Shown: piece by piece, positions 11,690 to 23,119 of the stretch
How positions within the stretch are numbered: position 1 is the first letter of the stretch
How the letters are laid out: each line of letters starts with the position of its first letter
The notes under the pieces: generated by a model
The model's input: only the letters and a program-made list of their open reading frames with translations
What the model was told of the DNA's origin: nothing
Database searches by the model: none
Assembly: GCF_963921235.1 (NCBI RefSeq)
Contig: NC_086108.1
Span: 96,908,001 to 96,972,000, forward strand
Length of the DNA stretch: 64,000 bases
From: Mobula hypostoma
Taxonomy: Eukaryota
Direction of reading: 5' to 3'
Program-made: the position numbers and the translations under genes

Positions 11690-12680
11690 ACGTCCATGAG
11701 CTAGGCCTTATTAGGGCATCAGAGGTGGAAAGGGTCAGTAACTTGAAATTCCTGGGTATTATTAGAGATCTGTCCTGGTACTGGTGTGTAAGTGTCATTA
11801 CAAAGATCACACAATGGCTCCTCTACTTTCTTAGAAGTTTGTGCAGATTCAGCATGTCATCTAAAACTGACGAACTTCTATAGAGGTACAGTGGAGAATA
11901 TGATGACCAGTTGCTACACAGCTTGGTATGGAAACACCAACGCCCAAGAATGGAAAAGCCTACAAAAAGAAGTGGATACTGCCCAGTCCGTCACAGACAA
12001 AGCCCTATGGACTTACTTAGTCATGTTCTCAGAACTATTTATTTATTTGCACAGTTTGTTGTCTTTTGCACATTGGTTGATTTTCATGCTTTGTAGTTTA
12101 CCATTGATTTGATTGTATTTCTTTGTATTTACTCTGAATGCCTACAAGAAAAAGATCTTAATGTAGTATATGGTGACACTCTTTAGCCATTTTATTAGAT
12201 AAGAGGAGTGGAACCTGGTATGCTCTTCTGCACACTGCTGTGGTAATGCATGGTTATTGAGTTACTATTGCTTCCTGTCATCTTAAACCACTCTGGCCAT
12301 TCTCCTCTGACCTCTCATTAACAAGAAATTTTCACCCATGGAACTGCCGCTCACTGAATATTTTTTGTTTGTTTTTTGCACCATTCTCTGTAAACTCTAT
12401 AAGACTGTGGCGTATAAAAATCGGAGGATCTCAGTAGCTTTTGAGATGCTCAAACCACCCAGTCTGGCACCAACAATCACTCTACAGTTCAAGTCACATA
12501 GGTCATTCTGATGTTTGGTCTGAACAACAACTGAACTTCTTGACCATGTCTGCATGCTTTTATGCATTGAGTTGCTGCCACATGATTGGCTGATTAGATA
12601 TTTGCTTTAATGAGTAAGTGTATCTAATAAAGTGGCCACTGAATTCATACATACTTTGATAATTAATTTACTTTGAACAC
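11690..12680 (+). mobile_element. Rex1/Babar-like LINE 3' fragment interrupted by Tc1 copy 3
   Basis: ORF 11792-12112 contains LTNFYRGTVENMMTSCYTAWYGN. The tail atatggtgaca...tacatactttgataat...tttactttgaac is split by the insertion at 12177-12645. Confidence 0.8.
12177..12645 (-). mobile_element. Non-autonomous Tc1-like DNA transposon, copy 3
   Basis: Degenerate TIRs gccattttattagata / tatctaataaagtggccactga. Internal sequence is collinear with copies 1, 2 and 4. Confidence 0.82.
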
Positions 12681-13439
12681 ATCCTGGATTAGGGTACTAG
12701 TGCAGGTCCATTGGTTATGTGTTTATTCCCTTAGGATGATTAAATCTTTGAATGTGATTTAATGAGCAGTACAATCTGGACCAGCAACAGTTTATGTTCT
12801 GAACTAGCTTTGCATTCTGCAACATTGGCAATAACAGTACATGAACAAATAGGCCTTCTGCAGCTACATGAGTGTTGACTTATGTTTTAATCCACGTGAT
12901 TAATATTCTAGAAATAAATTCATAATTTTAAGTCGAGTTGCAAAGTTTCTACCAATTGTTTGCTGTACTGCATATCTATAAGCAATGCTTCTGTAAACTT
13001 TTCTGTCCACAAGTTTTTGCATCACTTTTGCTGGGCAGTTGTCTGCTGGCATCAATGCATGCTGATAGCTGGAGAGAAGTCAAGTGTGATGTTACTGATG
13101 CTTGAATTTCTCTGATATGTGATTTCTATATGAAACTGGAGAACTTACTCAAAAGTATTACTAAAGGTTTCCAAGTTCACTAAAGGTTTGCGTTCTGCAC
13201 TTTCACCCTATTCTAGGATCTCTTTGGTACCAGGCAGGTTCAATTAAAGATTTACTTTATGAACTGTAACTGTAAGTTACAGCATGGATCATTTGGCAAA
13301 ACTCTGCAAATGAGTATTCTCCCATTCTATTTCATTTAATCCTACTTGTATATCCTCTGATTCCACCCCCCCCCCTATTTTTCCAGCTCTAGTTTACTAT
13401 TAGATCATCTTAGTTCGGGGAGGAATCACTTTGGGGGTT

Positions 13440-14410
13440 ATGTTATAGGTCTTGCAATGATCAGGAGAGAGTTAGAGAACAGACAAGTAAGCAAATTACA
13501 GAAAGGTGTAAAAACAATATTGGGATTATTGCGGGGGGGGGGGGGGTTCACTTTCCCAATAATGACCTGGATTGCCTTAATGCAAAAGGTTTAGATGAGG
13601 TGGAATTTGTTAGGTGCATCTGAGGTAGTTTTTTTTTTTGTTTTTTTTTGTTTTTTGAAACAATATGTAGATTGTCCTACATGGGAAGGGCTGTACTTGA
13701 TTTTCCTGAGGAAATGAAACCAGACAAGTGGAGGAAGCGTTGGCTGGAGCATACTTTGTAAAGGGCGAGCACAGCTTTCATCAGTTTTAAATGGAAAGGG
13801 ATAAGGTTGGACTTCAAGTTAAGGTTCTAAATCAGGGATGGCTGATTCTGATAGCACAAGAGAAGACTTGGCAAAAGTAAATTAGGAACTGATGCTTACA
13901 GATAAAACAACAGTTGACAAGTGGAAATCTTTTAAAAGTAAGTTGGTAAGAGTTCAAGGACAGAATGTTTCAGTTATGGTGAAAAGATGTCAAAGGTTTA
14001 TTGAGGGTCTGATCAAGGAAAAGGAAAGAAACAAGTGCAATTAATAACGTCCTCTCGAGCTTTTAGAGGGTATAGGAGAGTAGTCAGGAAGGAAATTAAG
14101 AAGGCAAAAAGATCATAAAATATTCTTCACGTAATGTTACAGAAAGTCCTATGTCACTCTATAAGTACATTAGAAGCAGAAGGGTAGCTAGGGAAAGAAT
14201 GGGTTTCCTTAGGGAGCAAAGAGGTAATCAATGTGTGAGGCCATGGCATGTGGGCAGGGTCCAAAATGACTATTACTAACTTTCTCTAAAGAGAAGGACA
14301 TGGAGGATAGTGAGTTCAAGGAGTGAAATATTGATTGTCTGAACCATGTAGATATTAAAGTACAGATGTTGGATGTTTGGGACACAAAGGTGGATAAATC
14401 CCAAGAGTTA
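13440..14410 (+). mobile_element. Old CR1 LINE fragment (endonuclease-linker region)
   Basis: Collinear with the reverse complement of 24650-25560 (GDFxFP..W, EFVxC, LDL motifs). Many stops and indels. Confidence 0.7.
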
Positions 14411-15696
14411 AAGAAGGAGGGACAGAGCATTACATAGAGAAGGTTATTTGTGACTTTGATCAAGGCCACTTCAGTAAAGACATGGGACTGTAGATGCTGG
14501 GATCTGGAGCAACAAACAAACAACTGGAGCATCTCGGTATCTGATGCTGTTTGAGCCACTGACTTCCTTCAGCAGATTGTTGGTCACTTCATTGAATTCA
14601 TGTTGAACACCTAACGGGAGAGGTTTGTCCTATGTTCAAGAAACTTAGAGGAAGAGATGTAAGGTAGTTTGTAAAGGCTGAAGTGCAGGGCTTTGTAGAA
14701 CATTTGATAATAATGGTTTTGAAAGGGAGAGGACAATACCCGAGGAGAGGGGGCCATTTATATCAAAAGGGACATGAGAGAGATATTGTACCCAGCAGAA
14801 TTTTCAGAGGTTAAAAACCTCTGATTCTGACCAGAACTACTCCCTCTAGTCCAGGACAGCTGTTGCAATAACTTGTTCCAACTTTGCTGGTCTCCTAAGT
14901 AAAACATGCAAACACAGGCAGGGCACTTGATGTTAATAGATGAGTTGAAACAACAGTGAGTTCATAATCAGAGCCCTGAGAGGGTTTAAACTAAATTGAA
15001 GAGTAATGCCTTAACTAAACTTTAATCCACAATTATTTTTAGTTATGTACCCCCTTTTGACTTTTTCTTCTAATGTGTAGGGGGTCTTTGAGTTCCTGCA
15101 TTAATATTATAAGAAATAAGTATGTGTTGATTATTTTAATTAAGAACAACATAAAATGATTTAAACACAAGAGATTCTGCAGATGCTGGAAAGGTCTTGG
15201 CCTGACTATTTCTCTCCATAGATGCTGCCTGACCTGATGAGTTCCTCCACTGTTTTATGTGTTACTATGAAATGATCTAACCAAGCCGTAGGTTCTCAAA
15301 GCATTGAAGAGTTTCTTTAATTATTTGCTGTGAATGAGGTTAACGATTACAAACCCTTGCATGATGTGCTGGCTGTTCTCTGGGTAGATGAGCTTAAAAT
15401 GTTTTTTGATGTTCATAATTTACACACATCTGACTGAAACAATGGTGATTAGTAGGAGAGCAGAATCATTTTAAGTGGTACTTATTGTTTCAGTGGCTTC
15501 TGAATTGAGCATTGTAGGGAAATAAATAATCCTAACAAGCCATGCACACAGTTGAAGGAGCAGGTCTTACATATGTCAGTGCTACCCTTACACGACAATA
15601 ATATAGTTCCATTTATAAGGGCTTTAAGTTTAAGTCAAATCTCAAAGCAACTGGTAAAGTTACTCCAAGTTCACCAGAACTGATGGCATTTATAAA

Positions 15697-15915
15697 AGCC
15701 ATAAGACAAAGGAGCAGAAATAGGCCATTTGGCTCATTGAGTTTGCTCTGCCATTCCATCATGGCTGATTTATTATCCCTTTCAATGCTGCCTTCTTGCC
15801 ATAACCTTTGAAACCCTTACTAATCATAACCTATAAGCCTCTACTTTAAATATACCCAATGACTTGGCCTCCACAGCCATCGGTGGCAATGAATTCCACA
15901 GATCCACCACCTATA
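15697..15915 (-). mobile_element. CR1 LINE 3' end fragment
   Basis: ataagacaaaggagcagaaataggccatttggc is the reverse complement of the CR1 tail at 31480-31517. Confidence 0.75.
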
Positions 15916-16212
15916 GATCAAGAATCTATAGGAGTTTGCTATTGTTACACTAAGAAACTGATAGTGATGATTCTCTGAGCATATATAATTTTATGTTAAT
16001 GATTCAGCACTAATCCAGAAGCTGCAATACTTGCAGCCTCTTCCACTGTACTTAAGGGAAGTTAATATAACTGATGTGGATTCCATCCATTCCTGCTCTA
16101 TAATATTCACCACATTCAAGGTTTTGTAGTTTGAATTACACATAAATATACAAGACATAACCCATGAATATTTTTACCAAGCTATCTGATCTTAATAAAT
16201 AGATTTTTATTA

Positions 16213-16465
16213 GAGATGAGAAGTTCCTTCAGCAGAGGGTGGTGAATCTGTGATATTCATTGTTGAGAGTCAGCTGTGGGAGCCAAGTCATTGGTATATT
16301 TAAAGCAGAGGTTGATAGGTCCTTGAATAGTAAGGGCATCAAGGTTTATGGAGAGAAAGAAGGAGAATGGGGTTGAGAGGGGTAATAAATCAACCATATT
16401 GGAATAGCAGAGTAGATTTGATGGGCCAAATGGCCTGATTCTGTTCCTGTGTCTTACGGTCTTAT
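16213..16465 (+). mobile_element. CR1 LINE 3' end fragment
   Basis: FxQRVVNL-type coding remnant and tail ...gtcttacggtctta. Confidence 0.8.
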
Positions 16466-17159
16466 TTTACACAATATATCCCTTCGTTTGAGTACTTTAA
16501 AATGTAAAGGGATTTAAAAGTTAAAATACAAGTGGTATATTTTACATTTTTATTTCACTGTACATATGTGTTCCTATATTTTATTAAGCAATTTGCTTTT
16601 TTTTTAAACAAGTGACCACAATTCACTTTTTTCCCTTTAAATCTCATCTTTAATGTGATTGACTGCTTAGCTAACTTGCTGACGTCACATTTTCTGGTTG
16701 TCAGGGCTGGTGTTGAATTGGCACCCAACAGCAGTGGGTGTCAGGAAAGAGAGAGCTTGTGGCTCAGGAGTCATTTGCCTTTTTGGTGGTAGTTTCACCA
16801 CTGCCAGTAGTGACCACCTTTTCTTTGCTTCTGACCACAAAGTCTGGATCAGTATTTTTGAGCCTCATTAGCCCCACTGAAAGTGATGGTCACTGTCAAT
16901 TTAATGGGATAGAGTTCTGAAAGCTGCAAAACCTTTCATAGAACATAGGTCATTACATCACGATGTTGTGCAGACCTTTCAACCTATTCTAAGATCAATG
17001 TCACCTTTCCCTCCAACATAATGTTTCATTTTTCTATTATCGATGTGCCTGTCTAAGAGTTTCTTAAATGCCCCTAATGTACCTGCATCTACCACTACCA
17101 CGGCAATCCACGCACCCACAACCATCTGTCTAAAGGACTTGTCTCTGACACACCTGTGA

Positions 17160-17780
17160 ATTCTTAGGGTTGTCTATCGTCGTCACTTGTGTATCTGTTG
17201 GGGTAGTCTACTGTATCTGGAGCTCCTGATGCTTTACATTGCTGAGAGCCGATGTAAATTGGGACATCTCTTTGTTGAGCACCTCTGCTCCATTCACCAA
17301 AAGCAGAATTTTCCAGTGGCAAACCGTTTTAATTCCTATCCCCATTCCCATTCTGACATGTCAGTCCATGGCCTCCTCAACCTGATGGCATGAATATTGA
17401 TTTCTCCTTCCAATTTAAAAGAAGTTTTTTCCCTCCCCCTTCCCTCTATGTCTATTCCCCACTCTAGCCTCTTATCTTTTCTCCTCGCCTGCCTATCACC
17501 TCACCCTGGTGCCTTTTCCTTTGCTTTCTACGATGGTCCACTTTCCTCTCCAATCAAATTCCTTCCTCTCCAGCCCTTTACCTTTCCCATCCACCTGGCT
17601 TCACCTATTATCTCCTGGCTCGTCCTCCTCCCCCCCCCCTCACCTTTTAATGCTGGCATCTTCCCTCTTCGTTTCCAGTGCTGAAGAATGGTCTCAGTCT
17701 TAAACATCGACTATTTATTCATTTCCATAGATGCTGCCTGACCAGCTGAGTTCCTCTAGCTCTTTGTGTATGTTACCTTT
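17160..17780 (+). mobile_element. Penelope-like element 3' fragment nested in a CR1 fragment (16938-17150 and 17781-17870)
   Basis: GIY-YIG remnant YIAESRCKLGHLFVEHLCS..PVANRFNS, pyrimidine-rich 3' UTR, and a degenerate hammerhead ctgaaga...taaacatcgac at 17681-17711. Confidence 0.8.
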
Positions 17781-18822
17781 GACATACTCCCTATATTGTC
17801 CTCCAATCACCTGAAAGTTATGCCCACTCGTATTAGCCATTTCCACCTGGAAAAAGGTCTCTAGCTGTCCAGAAGAATGAATGCAGTAACTAATGGTATA
17901 AGTCATCCCCCTATCGATTTTTCTGCTACTGGAGAAAAGCACTTCCATAAGAAATTCTGGGTCACTGAGCTTTTAAATAGCAACTAAAGTTTAAAATGAG
18001 TCTTGCAAATTCATCTTGTGAAGGAGAAAATTCACTGTGAATATGAACATGCCTTTGTTGAAGTTCACGGCACCATCGCTCTTCCTGTCTTTTCCAGCAT
18101 TCACCTAAATTTGATAAAATGTCCCTGCGTAGTCAATCTTTAAACAATAATCTCATCCAGGCTTCTGTCTATTTCATCTAAATGTTGAAAGAATGTGAGT
18201 TATAATAATGCACTCGAGGACACTGTAAATTCTAAAAGTAATAGAGATGTAGAGGTATCCTCCAAAGGTGCTTTAAGGAACAAAGAATAAACAAACGTTA
18301 ATAGCCACTGAACATGGCTGCAGTGATTTCTGATCTCAGGTGAAAATCTGCTTTCATACATCATAGACTCAATTCTGTCATGTAATTTAACCCAGTTCAG
18401 GTTGAATGCAGCAGTTTTTGAAAATTAAGCTGTAGATAGAGAGTGATGTGTGGTAATGATGGAATGAACCTTGTATGTAAACAAAGCCTAGGATTCCCGT
18501 TCAGAAAAGGAGCAACACTATGAAAGTAAGTTGTGTTAAATGCCATTTTAAAAAGCAATAAGAACATTTCTTTTAGATTGCTGTAAAATGGAACTTAGTC
18601 CAATTCTGATACATCAACAGATTTTTAAAAACTTGCAAAGACCCGAAGTTCAAAGTAAATTGAGATTCATTTTCTTGTGGGCATAGTCAATAAATCCATA
18701 ATGGAATAATAAACAAAATAGATTCAATGGAAGACCACACCAATTGGGCATTCAATCAGTGTGCAAAAGCCAACAAACTGCAAATACAAAAAGAAAGAAA
18801 TAATAATAAATAAGCAATAAAT

Positions 18823-20370
18823 ATAGAAATGTAGAAAACCTATAGTACAATACAGGCCCTTTGGCCCACAAAGCTGTGCCAAACATGTCCTTACCTTAGA
18901 AATTACCTAGGGTTACCCATAGCCCTCTGTTTTTCTGAACTCCATGTATCTGTCCAGGAGTCTCTTAAAAGACCCTATTGTATCTGCCTCTACCACTGTC
19001 GCCGGCAGCTCATTCCATGCACTCACCACTCTCTGTGTAAAAAAAAACTTAACCCTGATATCTCCTCAGTGCCTATTTCCAAGAAACTTAAAACTGTGCC
19101 CTCTCATGCTAACCATTCCAGCCCTGGGAAAAAGCCTCTGACTATCCACACGATCAGTGCCTCTCATCATCTTATACAACTCTATCAGGTCACCCCGCAT
19201 CCTCCGTCGCTCTAAGGAGAAAAAGGTTGAGTTCACTCAACCTTTTCTCATAAGGCATGTTCCCCAATCCAGGCAACATCCTTTTAAATCTCCTCTGCAT
19301 CCTTCCTATGGTTTCTACATCCTTCCTATGGTTTCTACATCCTTCCTATAGTGAGGTGACCAGAACTGAGCACAGCTGAACAGGTGAGAAGACAGGCTGA
19401 GGGTAGCAGACACCAACAGAATCAACAAACTCATTCGTAAGGCCAGTGATGTTGTGGGGATGGAACTGGACTCTCTGATGGTGGTGTCTGAAAAGAGGAT
19501 GCTGTCTAAGTTGCATGCCATCTTGGACAATGTCTCCCATCCACTACATAATGGACTGGTTGGGCACAGGAGTACATTCAGCCAGAGACTCATTCCACCG
19601 AGATGCAACACAGAGCGTCATAGGCGGTCATTCCTGCCTGTGGCCATCAAACTTTACAACTCCTCCCTTGGAGGGTCAGACATCCTGAGCCAATAGGCTG
19701 GTCCTGGACTTATTTCCTGGCATAATTTACATATTACTATTTAATTATTTATGGTGCAACTGTAACGAAAACCAATTTCCCCTGGGATCAATAAAGTATG
19801 ACTATGAGTATCACTACTCCAAGTGGGGTCTGACCAAAGTTCTATATAGTTGCAATATTACCTCTTGGCTCTTAAACTCAATCCCACAGTTGATGAAGGC
19901 CAATACACCATATGCTTTCTTAACCACAGAGTTAAACCTGCGCAGCAGCTTTGAGTGTCCTATGGACTCGGACCCCAAGATCCCTCTGATCCTCCACACT
20001 GCCAAGAGTCTTACCATTAATACTATATTCTGCCATCATATTTGACCAACCAAAATGAACCACCTCACACTTATCTGGGTTGAACTCCGTCTGCCACTTC
20101 TCAGCCCAGTTTTGCATCCTATCAATGTCCCGCTGTAACCTCTGACAGCCCTCCACACTGCACAACACTCCCAACCTTGGTGTCATCAGCAAATTTACTA
20201 ATCCATTCTTCCACTTCCTCATCCAGGTCATTTATAAAAATCGTGAAGAGTAGGGGTCCCAGAACAGATCCCTGAGGCACACCACTGGTGACAAAACTCC
20301 ATGCAGAATATGACCCACCTACAACCACCCATTGCTTTCTGTAGGCAAGCCAGTTCTGGATCCACAAAGC
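18823..20370 (-). mobile_element. 5'-truncated CR1 LINE, RT domain
   Basis: [25 protein letters not shown]...[35 protein letters not shown]. Confidence 0.92.
19377..19813 (+). mobile_element. Rex1/Babar-type LINE 3' fragment nested in CR1
   Basis: AILDNVSHPLH...FSQRLIPPRCNTERHRRSFLPVAIKLYN, then aataaagtatgactatgagtat tail. Splits the CR1 sequence gcacag|tactccaag. Confidence 0.8.
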
Positions 20371-21412
20371 AAATATTGATAACATGAGATGAGAAATCCT
20401 TGAAGGTGAGTCCGTAGGTTGTGGAAACATTTCACTGATGGGGTGAGTGAAGTTATCCCCTTTCATGTAAGAGCCTGATGGTTGAGGGGTAATAACTATT
20501 CCTAAACCTGGTGGCGTGAGTCCTGAGGCTTCATACGTTCTTCCTGATAGCAGCAGCCAGGAGAGAGCTTGACCTGGCTGGTGGGGGTTCCTGATGATGG
20601 ATGTTGCTTTCTTATGACAATGCTCCATGTAGATGTGTTTCAACGGTGGGGAGGGCTTTACCCATGATGGAATGGGCTGTATCCACTACTTTTTGCAGTA
20701 TTTTCAGTTCCAGGGCATTGGTATTTGCAGTCAGTCAGTATACTCTCCACCACACATCTATAGAAGTTTGTCAAAGTTTTAGATGTCGTGCCAAATCTTC
20801 ACAAACTCCTCATCACCAAAGTACAAGACCCGGGAGTCAGTACTGCCTTCTGCATCTGGATCCATTCCATGCTGACCAACAGACTGCAAGGAAGAATAGG
20901 CAGCAACATCTCTGCCACAATTATTCTCAGAAGTTTGTGTCTTCAGCTCCCTACTCTCTTCCCAGTGCAGCCAGATTCTGCTCCAACTCCATCTACAAGT
21001 TTGCAGATGGGCCGTGTACATGAAGGAGATAGTAACATGACAACAATCGTTTGCTCAATATCAGCTAAGCAAAAGATCTGGACATTGACTCAGAGCTGGG
21101 CAGTGCACATGGTTCTATCTATATCAATGGTGCTGAGCTTGAGAGCTTTAAGTTCCTAGAAGTGAACACCACCAACAGCCTGTCTAATCCAACCATAAGG
21201 AAGTCATAGCCACGAAAGCCCACAACCTTTACTCCCACAGGAGGCAAAAGGCATTTGGCATGTCTCAGTCAACCTTTGCCAATTTTTGGAAAGTATCCTA
21301 TCTGGATGCATTATAGCTTAGTATGGCAATTGATTTGCCCATGACCACAAGAAACTGCAGAGTTGTGAACACTGCTCAACACATCACAGAAACCAGCTTC
21401 CCCTCAATGGAC

Positions 21413-22939
21413 CACAAAAAACGCAGCATCTACAGGAAGAGGTACAGTTGACGTTTCGGGCCGAGATCCTTCATCAGGACTAACTGAAGGAAGAGCTAGT
21501 AAGAGATTTGAAAGTGGGAGGGGGAGGGGGAGCTCCGAAATGATAGGAGAAGACAGGAGGGGGAGGGATGGAGCTAAGAGCTGGAAAGTTGATTGGCAAA
21601 AGGGATACGAGGCTGGAGAAGGGAGAGGATCATAGGACGAGAGGCCAAGGGAGAAAGAAAAGAGGGGGGAAACCAGAGGATGGGCAAGGAGTTATAGTGA
21701 GAGGGACAGAGAGAAAAAAAAGAGAGGAAAAAAAGGGGAAAGAAAAATAAATAAATAAGTGATGGAGTACAAAGGGGAGGTGGGGCATTAACGGAAGTTA
21801 GAGAAGTCAATATTCATGCCATCAGGTTGGAGGCTACCCAGACGGAATATAAGGTGTTGTTCCTCCACCCTGAGTGTGGCTTCATCTTGACAGTAGAGAA
21901 GGCCGTGGATAGACATATCAGAATGGGAATGGGACGTGGAATTAAAATGTGTGGCCACTGGGAGATCCTGCTTTCTCTGGCAGACAGAGCGTAGGTGTTC
22001 AGTGAAATGGTCTCCCAGCCTGCGTTGGTTCTCACCAATATATAGAAGGCTACATTGGGAGCACCGGACACAGTATATCACCCCAGCCGACTCACTGGTG
22101 AAGTGTCCCCTCACCTGGAAGGACTGTCTGGGGCCCTGAATGGTGGTAAGGGAGGAAGTGTAAGGGCATGTGTAGCACTTGTTCCGCTTACAAGGATAAG
22201 TGCTGGGAGGGAGATCGGTGGGAAGGGATGGGGGGGGGAACGAATGGACAAGGGAGTCGCGTAGGGAGCAATCCCTGCGGAACGCAGAAAGGGAGGGGGG
22301 AGGGAAAGATGTACTTAGTGGTGGAATCCCGTTGGAGGTGGTGGAAGTTACGGAGAATTATATGTTGGATCCGGAGGCTGGGGGGGTGGTAGGTGAGGAC
22401 AAGGGGAACCCTATTCCTAGTGGGCTGGTGGGAGGATGGAGTGAGAGCAGATGTGTGTGAAATGGGGGAGATGCGTTTGAGAGCTGAGTTGATGGTGGAG
22501 GAAGGGAAGCCCCTTTCTTTAAAAAAGGAGGACATCTCCTTTGTCCCGGAATGAAAAGCCTCATCCTGAGAGCAGATGCGGCGGAGACGGAGGAATTGTG
22601 AGAAGGGGATGGCATTTTTGCAAGAGACAGGGTGAGCAGTGAAATAGTCCAGGTAGGTGTGAGAGTCTGTAGGCTTATAGTAGACATCAGTAGATAAACT
22701 GTCTCCAGAGATAGAGACAGAAAGATCAAGAAAGGGGAGGGAGGTGTCGGAAATGGATCAGGTAAACTTGAGGGCAGGGTGAAAGTTGGAGGCAAAGTTA
22801 ATGAAGTCAACGAGCTCAGCATGCGTACAGGAAGCAGCGCCAATGCAGTCGTTGATGTAGCGAAGGAAAAGTGGGGGACAGATACTGGTATAGGCTTGGA
22901 ACATGGATTGTTCTACAAAGCTAACAAAAAGGCAGGCAC
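21413..22939 (-). mobile_element. Penelope-like retroelement, 5'-truncated (RT C-terminus, GIY-YIG endonuclease, 3' UTR, hammerhead)
   Basis: FLRYINDCIG (YIDD motif variant), GVIYCVRCSQCSLLYIGENQRRLGDHFTEHLRSV, EEQHLIFRLGSLQPDGMNIDFSNFR stop. Frameshifted. Confidence 0.93.
21445..21486 (-). ncRNA. Minimal hammerhead ribozyme motif at the Penelope 3' terminus
   Basis: Minus strand CAGUUAGUC-CUGAUGA-AGGAUCUCGGCCC-GAAA-CGUC-AACUG with canonical CUGAUGA and GAAA boxes. Confidence 0.7.
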
Positions 22940-23119
22940 AAATAACTTCACCCATCTTGGATATACTCTCTTCTCCCCTCTCCCATTGGACAGAAGATAC
23001 AAAAGCCAGAAATCATCTACCAACAGACTCCTGCACAGCTTCTATTTCACTGTTACCAGACTATTGAATGATACCCTTGTATGACAAAATTAACTCTTGA
23101 CTTCACAATCTACCTCGTT

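Larger units (their letters stand above)
18645..20815 (-). mobile_element. Rex1/Babar-like fragment (18645-18822 and 20371-20815) split by a CR1 insertion
   Basis: The sequence before 18823 (aagcaataaatat) resumes at 20371 (aaatattgataacatgagatgag), as in the uninterrupted copy at 6165-6200. Confidence 0.75.
20820..23117 (+). mobile_element. Old Rex1/Babar fragment (20820-21412 and 22940-23117) split by Penelope
   Basis: Remnants IYKFAD (frame of ORF 20601-21023) and HLGYTLFSPLPLDRRYKSQKSSTNRLLHSFY on either side of the Penelope copy. Confidence 0.7.

Noticed and set aside
17965..18110. Possible minus-strand exon (tttag acceptor, open frame ECWKRQEERWCRELQQ...)
   Set aside because: No recognisable homology and no partner exons; insufficient support.
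20122..20643. 173-aa ORF containing an RT motif
   Set aside because: Read-through across the Rex1/CR1 insertion junction at 20370; a chimeric artefact.
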